Sequence record: SRR20825019_1299
Reading direction: 5' to 3' (one strand)
DNA: 34,932 nt
Shown: in pieces, positions 18,871 through 26,207 of the stretch
Numbering within the stretch: the first letter of the stretch is position 1
Layout: every line of letters begins with the position of its first letter
The notes under the pieces: generated by a model
The model's database searches: none
Told to the model about the DNA's origin: nothing
What the model saw: the letters and a program-made list of their open reading frames with translations, nothing else
Program-made: the position numbers and the translations under genes

Positions 18871-20073
18871 ATGGAAGCATATATAATTGACGGAATTAGA
18901 ACTCCAATAGGAAGTTATCAAGGCACACTTAGTGCAGTTCGCACGGACGATTTGGCTGCTCTAGTTATTGCCGAAATAGTAAAAAGAAATCCAACAATTC
19001 CAAAAGAAGCTTATGACGATGTGATTTTGGGATGCGCCAATCAAGCGGGTGAAGATAACAGAAATGTTGCTCGAATGGCAGCATTGTTAGCAGGCTTACC
19101 TGTAAATGTTCCTGGTGAAACAGTAAACAGACTTTGCAGCAGCGGACTTTCAGCAATAATCCATGCAAATAGAGCTATAAAAGCGGGTGATGGCGATATT
19201 TTTATTTCTGGCGGTGTTGAAAACATGACACGCGGTCCATACGTAATTGCAAAACCTTCAAAAGCTTTTGGAACAGATTCTAAAATGTATGATTCTAGCT
19301 TTGGGTGGCGATTCATTAATACAAAAATGGCTGAAATGTATGGCACGGATGGCATGGGAAATACCGCTGAAAACCTAGTTGAAAAACACAACATCAATCG
19401 GGAAGACCAAGATGTCTTTGCATATAATAGTCAGCGGAAAGCTGCGGATGCTCAAAAAAGTGGGCGTTTAGCAAAAGAAATCGTTTCCGTTGAAATTCCA
19501 CAGCGCAAAAAAGATTCAATTATTTTTAAGGATGATGAATTTATTCGCCCCGAAACCACCAAAGAAATTTTAGCAAAATTACGTCCAGCTTTTAAAAAAG
19601 ATGGAAGTGTTACCGCCGGAAATTCTTCAGGATTAAACGATGGTGCTGCAGCTACGATTATCGCTTCTGAAGCTGCTGTGAAAAAATATAATTTAAAACC
19701 AATTGCACGAATTGTAAGCTCTGCAGTTGTTGGTGTAGAACCTCGAATTATGGGTATTGGTCCTGTGGAAGCTTCAAATAAAGCACTTAAAAAAGCAGGT
19801 TTAAAAATGGAGGATATGGATATCATTGAGCTTAATGAAGCTTTTGCTTCACAAGCATTGGCGTGTATCCGCGAATGGGGATTGAAAGATGACGACCCAC
19901 GCATAAATCCAAATGGGGGTTCAATCGCTATTGGCCATCCGCTGGGTGTTACGGGAGCACGCATCGCTTATTCCGCAGCATTAGAGCTTCAACTGCAAAA
20001 TAAACGTTACGCATTAATAACCATGTGTATTGGAGTTGGCCAAGGATATGCTGCTATAATTGAACGTGTATAA
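18871..20073 (+). CDS. paaJ: 3-oxoadipyl-CoA / 3-oxo-5,6-dehydrosuberyl-CoA thiolase (PaaJ/PcaF)
   Basis: GCANQAGEDNRNVARM, NRLCSSG, NEAFA, GHPLG, CIGVGQG. Confidence 0.92.
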   Translation: MEAYIIDGIRTPIGSYQGTLSAVRTDDLAALVIAEIVKRNPTIPKEAYDDVILGCANQAGEDNRNVARMAALLAGLPVNVPGETVNRLCSSGLSAIIHANRAIKAGDGDIFISGGVENMTRGPYVIAKPSKAFGTDSKMYDSSFGWRFINTKMAEMYGTDGMGNTAENLVEKHNINREDQDVFAYNSQRKAADAQKSGRLAKEIVSVEIPQRKKDSIIFKDDEFIRPETTKEILAKLRPAFKKDGSVTAGNSSGLNDGAAATIIASEAAVKKYNLKPIARIVSSAVVGVEPRIMGIGPVEASNKALKKAGLKMEDMDIIELNEAFASQALACIREWGLKDDDPRINPNGGSIAIGHPLGVTGARIAYSAALELQLQNKRYALITMCIGVGQGYAAIIERV

Positions 20074-20174
20074 ATTTTTAAACACAATAAGATGAGGTAT
20101 TTAAAATGGGTTATTCGTTAATAGATATTTAATATATGTATTTTTAAATTATATTTACAAAAAATAAATATATA

Positions 20175-20420
20175 ATGGCAACATTCACTTCTTCTTTACC
20201 CGATAAACTATTAAATGATTTAGCAAAAGTAGCTACCGAGCTTCAATTGCCAAAGAATAAAATAATTGAAAAAGCTTTAAAAATATATTTAGAACAATTG
20301 GATCGTGCTGCATATCTTAAATCCTATAAAGAAATGGCTGAAGATGTAGATATGTTAGTTTTGGCTGAAGAAGGAATGGCAGATTATTTCAAAACAATTA
20401 GCGAGGACGAGATGTTATGA
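20175..20420 (+). CDS. Ribbon-helix-helix (CopG-like) antitoxin
   Basis: 81 aa with strand-helix-helix N-terminus and acidic tail LAEEGMADY; ATGA overlap with the toxin. Confidence 0.8.
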   Translation: MATFTSSLPDKLLNDLAKVATELQLPKNKIIEKALKIYLEQLDRAAYLKSYKEMAEDVDMLVLAEEGMADYFKTISEDEML

Positions 20421-20749
20421 AGCAAGGCGAAATTTATGAAGTTTACCTCGACCCTATAAAAGGAAGTGAACAAGGCGGAAGAAGGCCAGCTGTAATCATT
20501 TCTGGGAATTTAGCAAACGAAAACCTTAATACGGTGATTATTTGCCCAATGACATCCAAACTAAAAAATTACCATGGAAATTTAATTGTCCAACCCAATA
20601 ATATAAATGGTCTAAAAAATACTTCTGAAGTAATGACCATACACATTTGTTCCATATCAAAAGAGCGATTACAGTCAAAATGTGGAATGTTAGACAAGAC
20701 GGAATTTAATCTGGTAATTGAAAGCTTACAGAAAATAATTAAATATTAA
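20417..20749 (+). CDS. mazF: PemK/MazF family type II toxin (endoribonuclease)
   Basis: GEIYEVYLDP.KGSEQGGRRPAVIIS..N..VIICPMTS..ISKERL. Confidence 0.9.
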   Translation: MKQGEIYEVYLDPIKGSEQGGRRPAVIISGNLANENLNTVIICPMTSKLKNYHGNLIVQPNNINGLKNTSEVMTIHICSISKERLQSKCGMLDKTEFNLVIESLQKIIKY

Positions 20750-20760
20750 AATAGATTTAC

Positions 20761-23292
20761 GTGCAAAAAACACAACATTATATACTAGGAAACTGGGCAG
20801 AAGGTAAAGGTGAAGGCTCGCCAATACTAGATTCTGTAACTGGTGAACATTTTACAAGTGTAACTACTGAAGGGCTTGATGTTCCTGAAATTTTGCAATA
20901 CGGACGCGACAAAGGAGAAGTGCTTCGGAAAATGACCTTTCAAGAACGTGGTTTGATGCTAAAAAAACTTGCAATGTATCTTACCAAAAAGAAACAGCAA
21001 TTTTACGAAATCAGTTACCGAACTGGTGCCACAAAAATTGACAGTTGGATTGATATTGAAGGCGGATTTGGAAATTTATTTGCCAACGCTTCGCTTCGAA
21101 AATTATTTCCAAACCAATCATTTCATGTGGAAGGTGATCCTATAGACCTTTCTCGTGGCGGACGTTTTATGGCGCACCACATTATGGTTCCGCGCGAAGG
21201 TGTGGCGGTTCATATCAACGCTTTTAACTTTCCAGTTTGGGGAATGTTAGAAAAATGTGCAGTAAACTGGATGGCAGGAATGCCAGCAGTTGTTTTGCCT
21301 GCACCACAAACAGCTTATTTAGCTGAAGCCGTTGTAAAAGAAATTATTGCTTCAGGAATTCTCCCTGAAGGTTCATTACAGCTTATCAGTGGAACAGCAA
21401 AAACTATTTTAGATACCGTAGAATCTCAAGATGTGGTTACCTTTACAGGTTCTGCAAGCACTGGAAGAATTCTAAAAAAACACCCTCAGTTGATTGAAGA
21501 ATCGGTTCCTTTTACAATGGAAGCAGATAGCCTTAACGCATCCATTTTAGGTGAAGATGCCGTTCCAGGAACTCCAGAATTTGATCTTTTTATTAAAGAA
21601 GTTCGAAATGAAATGACCGTGAAATGCGGACAAAAATGTACAGCGATTAGAAGAATCATCGTTCCAGAAAAATTGATAGAAGATGTGCAAATCGCACTTG
21701 GAAAACAATTGGATAGAGTTACAATTGGTGACCCACGCTTAAAAGAGGTTAGAATGGGGGCATTGGTAAACGATGCTCAACGCAATTCCGTAAAAGAACA
21801 GATTTCAAAAATAACGCAAACTGCAGAAATTGTGTACGGCAATTATGAAGACTTTGAAGTAAGTGGAGCCGACTCCAAAAAGGGCGCTTTTATAAAACCA
21901 ATGCTACTTCGCGAAAACAATCCGTTGCAAAATGAAGCTGCACACATAACCGAAGCATTTGGACCTGTAAGCACGTTAATGCCTTATAAAAATTTGGAAG
22001 AAGCAATCAAGCTTTCAAAAATGGGGAAGGGTTCTTTGGTTAGTTCCATTGTTACCAACGATAATAAAATTGCAAAGGAGTATACTATTTCCTCAGCAAC
22101 ACATCATGGGCGTATTTTAGTGCTAAATCGTGAAAGCGCCAAACAAAGTACAGGGCACGGATCGCCATTGCCTAATCTTATTCACGGCGGTCCAGGACGT
22201 GCTGGTGGTGGTGAAGAAATGGGTGGAGTTCGTGGCGTAAAACATTATTTGCAACGTTGCGCTATTCAAGGCTCGCCTTCTACATTAACCGAAATTACAG
22301 GGATTTATCAGCCAAAAGCAGATTATAAAGAATCCGAAAACCACCCATTTGCATATCATTGGGAAGACATTGAGCCGGGAATGTCAATAAAAACACATAA
22401 GCGTACCATTACCGATACAGATATTATCAATTTTGCAAATCTTACTTGGGATCATTTTTATGCGCATACAGATATTACTTCATTAGATGGAAGTATTTTT
22501 GAAAAACGTACCGCACATGGGTATTTTATACTTGCCGCCGCCGCAGGTTTATTTGTGTATCCAAACAAAGGCCCAGTTGCTGCCAATTACGGCCTTGAGG
22601 AATGTAGATTTCTTCGCCCAATTTATCACAATGATACTGTTTATGTGCGTTTAACGTGTAAACAAAAAATTGACCGTGAGCAAAAAGGTACCGAACTACC
22701 TTCAGGAATTGTGAAATGGTATGTGGAAGTTTTTGATGCGAATATTGATGAAAGTTCTTCGGAAGAAGAAAAGCAAGGCGAATTGCTTGCTATTGCTACC
22801 ATTTTAACAATGGTGCAAAAAAAGCAGACTGTTTTTGCTGAAATGACTTCAGAGTCGATTTCGAAATATTTGAACAATCTTTCAGAAAATTCAAAACCAA
22901 AATGGGGAACAATGCAACCGCAGCAAATGCTAGAGCATTTAGAATATACCTACCGAATTGCTTCTGGAGAAATTCAGGATTTCGAGATTGCAACTCCTGA
23001 AAAATATTTGATAGAAACACATTCAACACTTTATAATTATAGAAAAATGCCAAAAGAATACGATTTTCCTTTGGCGGAAGAATCAAAAATAAGGGAAACA
23101 AAACACTCAGATTTGGAAACAGCAAAATTAAAAATGCTGGAAGCACGAGCTGATTATTTAAAATATTTCAAACAAAATCCAGATGCAAAAACCAAAAATG
23201 TAGTGTTTGGTGAATTGAATAAATTTGAATGGTACTTATTGGAACGAAAGCATTTGAATCACCATTTTGAACAATTTAATTTAATAGACTAA
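20761..23292 (+). CDS. paaZ: Bifunctional oxepin-CoA hydrolase / aldehyde dehydrogenase with extra C-terminal DinB-like domain
   Basis: ALDH (HINAFNFPVWG, MEADSLN, GQKCTAIRR, EAFGPV), MaoC hotdog (DHFYAH, AHG, ANYG) and a ~150-aa tail; GTG start. Confidence 0.95.
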   Translation: MQKTQHYILGNWAEGKGEGSPILDSVTGEHFTSVTTEGLDVPEILQYGRDKGEVLRKMTFQERGLMLKKLAMYLTKKKQQFYEISYRTGATKIDSWIDIEGGFGNLFANASLRKLFPNQSFHVEGDPIDLSRGGRFMAHHIMVPREGVAVHINAFNFPVWGMLEKCAVNWMAGMPAVVLPAPQTAYLAEAVVKEIIASGILPEGSLQLISGTAKTILDTVESQDVVTFTGSASTGRILKKHPQLIEESVPFTMEADSLNASILGEDAVPGTPEFDLFIKEVRNEMTVKCGQKCTAIRRIIVPEKLIEDVQIALGKQLDRVTIGDPRLKEVRMGALVNDAQRNSVKEQISKITQTAEIVYGNYEDFEVSGADSKKGAFIKPMLLRENNPLQNEAAHITEAFGPVSTLMPYKNLEEAIKLSKMGKGSLVSSIVTNDNKIAKEYTISSATHHGRILVLNRESAKQSTGHGSPLPNLIHGGPGRAGGGEEMGGVRGVKHYLQRCAIQGSPSTLTEITGIYQPKADYKESENHPFAYHWEDIEPGMSIKTHKRTITDTDIINFANLTWDHFYAHTDITSLDGSIFEKRTAHGYFILAAAAGLFVYPNKGPVAANYGLEECRFLRPIYHNDTVYVRLTCKQKIDREQKGTELPSGIVKWYVEVFDANIDESSSEEEKQGELLAIATILTMVQKKQTVFAEMTSESISKYLNNLSENSKPKWGTMQPQQMLEHLEYTYRIASGEIQDFEIATPEKYLIETHSTLYNYRKMPKEYDFPLAEESKIRETKHSDLETAKLKMLEARADYLKYFKQNPDAKTKNVVFGELNKFEWYLLERKHLNHHFEQFNLID

Positions 23293-23294
23293 TT

Positions 23295-23351
23295 GAGCCA
23301 AGAACCAAAAATAACGACAGAAAAATCGTGATACTTAGTTCTTGATTCTTG
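23295..23351. repeat. Empty inverted heptamer pair downstream of paaZ
   Basis: Left GAGCCAA GAACCAA AAATAAC; right AATCGTG ATACTTA GTTCTTG ATTCTTG (reverse complement CAAGAAT CAAGAAC). Confidence 0.7.
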
Positions 23352-23362
23352 AATCAAAATTT

Positions 23363-24115
23363 ATGAATGAACCATACGTAAAACAAGAAATAAAAAATAA
23401 CATTGCAACCATCGAGTTTTTTCACCCAGCACATAATAGCTTGCCAGGAGATTTGCTGGCGAAACTCGCAAATTCAATTACGGAAGCTGGAAATAATACT
23501 GAAGTAAAAGTGATTATTTTAAAAAGCGGTGGTGATCGTACTTTTTGCGCTGGAGCAAGTTTTACTGAACTGATAAATATTAACGATGCACAAACCGGGA
23601 AAATATTTTTTAGCGGTTTTGCAAATGTTATAAATGCAATGCGCAAATGCCCAAAATTTATTATTGGTAGAATTCAAGGGAAAACCGTTGGTGGTGGCGT
23701 TGGTGTTGCTTCAGCTACAGATTACTGTATGGCAACAAAATTTGCAGCAATAAAACTAAGCGAATTAAATGTAGGAATTGGCCCATTTGTGGTTGGTCCT
23801 GCTGTGGAAAGAAAATTAGGTTTAAGCGCAATGAGTCAAATAGCGATTGATGCCAATACTTTTTATGAAGCTGAATGGGCAAAACAAAAAGGGTTGTACA
23901 ATCAGGTGTATGATTCTGTTGAAGAACTTGATGAAGCCACGCAGAAATTTGCTGAAAATCTTTGCAATTACAATCCCGAAGCAATGAAAGAAATGAAGAA
24001 AGTATTTTGGAGCGGGACGGAAGATTGGGATGAATTGTTGGCTGAACGCGCAGTAATTTCAGGTAGATTAGTGCTTTCAGATTTTACAAAAGAAACGCTT
24101 AAAAGGTTTGAATAA
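23363..24115 (+). CDS. Enoyl-CoA hydratase/isomerase family protein
   Basis: TFCAGAS, VGGGVG, LSELNVGIGP. ATG 23363 preferred over TTG 23342, which lies in the repeat arm. Confidence 0.85.
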   Translation: MNEPYVKQEIKNNIATIEFFHPAHNSLPGDLLAKLANSITEAGNNTEVKVIILKSGGDRTFCAGASFTELININDAQTGKIFFSGFANVINAMRKCPKFIIGRIQGKTVGGGVGVASATDYCMATKFAAIKLSELNVGIGPFVVGPAVERKLGLSAMSQIAIDANTFYEAEWAKQKGLYNQVYDSVEELDEATQKFAENLCNYNPEAMKEMKKVFWSGTEDWDELLAERAVISGRLVLSDFTKETLKRFE

Positions 24116-24117
24116 TA

Positions 24118-24185
24118 AATACCGAATTTAGAATCATGAATGACGAAGTATTTCTGAATTCGATTTTTAAAATTCATCATTCAAT
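24118..24185. repeat. Empty inverted heptamer pair upstream of paaY
   Basis: Left AATACCG AATTTAG AATCATG AATGACG (GAAT every 7 nt); right TTTCTGA ATTCGAT TTTTAAA ATTCATC ATTCAAT (ATTC-type, 7-nt phase). Confidence 0.7.
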
Positions 24186-24194
24186 AATAAATAA

Positions 24195-24803
24195 ATGATT
24201 TACAGTTTTAAAGGCCATATTCCCGTAATTCACGAAAGTAGTTTCGTTCATCCTTTGGCGGCGGTTACAGGCAATGTAATCATTGGAAAGCATTGCTATA
24301 TCGGCCCTGGAGCTGCAATTCGTGGTGATTGGGGTGAAATTATTTTGGAAGACGGCGTAAATGTTCAGGAAAATTGCACCATTCATATGTTTCCTGGCAA
24401 AAGTATTGTTTTAAAAGAAAGCGCGCACGTTGGTCATGGCGCTGTGATTCACGGTGCTAATTTGGGAAAAAATTGTTTAATTGGTATGAACAGCGTTATT
24501 ATGGACGATGCAGAAATTGGCGATGAATGCATTGTTGGCGCTATGAGTTTTGTAAAAGCTAATGAAAAATTTCCGAAGCGAAAATTGATAGTTGGCAATC
24601 CCGCTAAGGTTATTAAAGATATTTCAGATGAAATGATTGACTGGAAAACTGCTGGCACAAAGTTGTACCAGCAATTACCTACAGATTGTCATGAAACATT
24701 AAAAGAAGTAGCACCACTTCGGGAAATTCCGAAGAATAGACCAAAACAAGAAGATTTTTATAAAACCCTTGAAGAATATAAAAGCAAAACGAAAGCTATT
24801 TAA
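24195..24803 (+). CDS. paaY: Hexapeptide-repeat (gamma-carbonic-anhydrase-like) PaaY protein
   Basis: FVHPLA.V.G.VIIG..CYIGPGA.IRGDWG, NVQENC.IH, HVGHGAVIHG; paa context. Confidence 0.85.
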   Translation: MIYSFKGHIPVIHESSFVHPLAAVTGNVIIGKHCYIGPGAAIRGDWGEIILEDGVNVQENCTIHMFPGKSIVLKESAHVGHGAVIHGANLGKNCLIGMNSVIMDDAEIGDECIVGAMSFVKANEKFPKRKLIVGNPAKVIKDISDEMIDWKTAGTKLYQQLPTDCHETLKEVAPLREIPKNRPKQEDFYKTLEEYKSKTKAI

Positions 24804-24850
24804 TTTCTATATGTCACGCTGAATTTGCTAAAGCGTTTGATACCGATAAT

Positions 24851-26137
24851 ATGAATAAAACAGAATTTAAAATGCCCAAAATGGGCGAATCAATTACCGA
24901 AGGAACCATCATCAATTGGCTTGTAAATGAAGGTGATTCTTTTGAGGAAGGCGATATTATTTTGGAAGTTGCCACCGATAAAGTAGATAATGAAGTGCCT
25001 GCGCCAGCTTCTGGAAAAATACTTGAACATAAATATAAAGCCAAAGATGTTGTTCCAGTAGGCGAAGTGATTGCTATTTTAGAACTTTCTGGTGATAAAG
25101 TAATTTCAAAATCTTCAAAAGCAACTTCAGAAAAAAGTGTACTTAAAAGCGATACTTCCGAAAAACATAAAATACAAAAGCAAGCTTCTAAAGCTACTGC
25201 ATTTAAAGTAAATGAAAATGTGTTTATTTCACCTTTGGTGGACAGCATTGCTCGAAAAAATCATATTAGTTATGAAGAATTAGCCCGAATTCCTGGAACT
25301 GGAAAAGATGGGCGTTTGCGCAAAAGTGATGTTTCAGAATACCTTAATAACGGTCGTCCGTTTCAGTTTACACAAGCTGTTTCTGAAACTTCTGGTTTTC
25401 AGGTTCCAGATTTAAAATTTGATAAAGGAAAAGGGAAAATAGTTGAAATGGATCGCATGCGCCAGATGATTGCAGATCATATGGTTTTTAGTGCAAGCAC
25501 CGCACCCCACGTTACAGCGTATGTGGAAGCAGATCTTACTGAAATGGTAAACTGGCGGAATAAAAATAAAGCTGATTTTCAGAAAAAATACAATGAAAAG
25601 CTAACGTTTACGCCATTGTTTATAGAAGCCGTGGCAAAAGCTATTCAAGATTTTCCGATGATAAACTCCACGCTCGATGGTACAAATATCATTGTAAAAG
25701 AAGAAATAAATATTGGCATGGCGACTGCATTACCTTCAGGGAATTTAATAGTTCCTGTGGTGAAAAATGCAGCTAAGAAGAATTTAAAAGAATTGGCAGA
25801 AACCACAAATGAGTTGGTTGGAAAATCCCGTGAAAATAAATTGAAAGGCGACGACACAAAAGGAAGTACCTTTACAATTAGTAATGTGGGAACCTTTGGA
25901 AGCCTAATGGGAACGCCGATTATTAACCAACCTGAAGCTGCAATTTTGGCTACAGGAATCATAAAAAAACGTGCAGAAGTTATGGAGCGCGAAAATGGCG
26001 ATGCTATTGAAATTCGCCACATGATGTATTTGTCTTTATCCTTTGATCATAGAATTGTTGACGGTTATTTAGCGGGCTCTTTCTTAAGAAGAATAGCAGA
26101 TAATATGGAACAGTTTGATGCAAAAAGAAAAATTTAA
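24851..26137 (+). CDS. 2-oxoacid dehydrogenase E2 (dihydrolipoamide acyltransferase)
   Basis: Lipoyl domain EVATDKV, E3-binding GTGKDGRLRKSDV, catalytic DHRIVDG. Confidence 0.92.
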   Translation: MNKTEFKMPKMGESITEGTIINWLVNEGDSFEEGDIILEVATDKVDNEVPAPASGKILEHKYKAKDVVPVGEVIAILELSGDKVISKSSKATSEKSVLKSDTSEKHKIQKQASKATAFKVNENVFISPLVDSIARKNHISYEELARIPGTGKDGRLRKSDVSEYLNNGRPFQFTQAVSETSGFQVPDLKFDKGKGKIVEMDRMRQMIADHMVFSASTAPHVTAYVEADLTEMVNWRNKNKADFQKKYNEKLTFTPLFIEAVAKAIQDFPMINSTLDGTNIIVKEEINIGMATALPSGNLIVPVVKNAAKKNLKELAETTNELVGKSRENKLKGDDTKGSTFTISNVGTFGSLMGTPIINQPEAAILATGIIKKRAEVMERENGDAIEIRHMMYLSLSFDHRIVDGYLAGSFLRRIADNMEQFDAKRKI

Positions 26138-26207
26138 GAATGGCTTTTTAAGCCTTCAGACTTCAGTTAGAATAAACTAAAATTGAAATCTTAATAAATA
26201 TACATAA

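Noticed and set aside
19452-19964. Long antisense ORFs (also 3990-4367, 24814-25248, 25645-26022, 26680-27075 and similar)
   Set aside because: Shadow frames of well-supported genes, with no recognisable motifs.
11785-24185. CRISPR array
   Set aside because: Units are 7 bp, contiguous and differ between sites; no repeat-spacer structure or cas genes.
26141-26195. Possible further heptamer pair at the E2/E1 junction (CTTCAGA CTTCAGT .. AACTAAA ATTGAAA)
   Set aside because: Only two clear units and weak complementarity; not distinguishable from chance.
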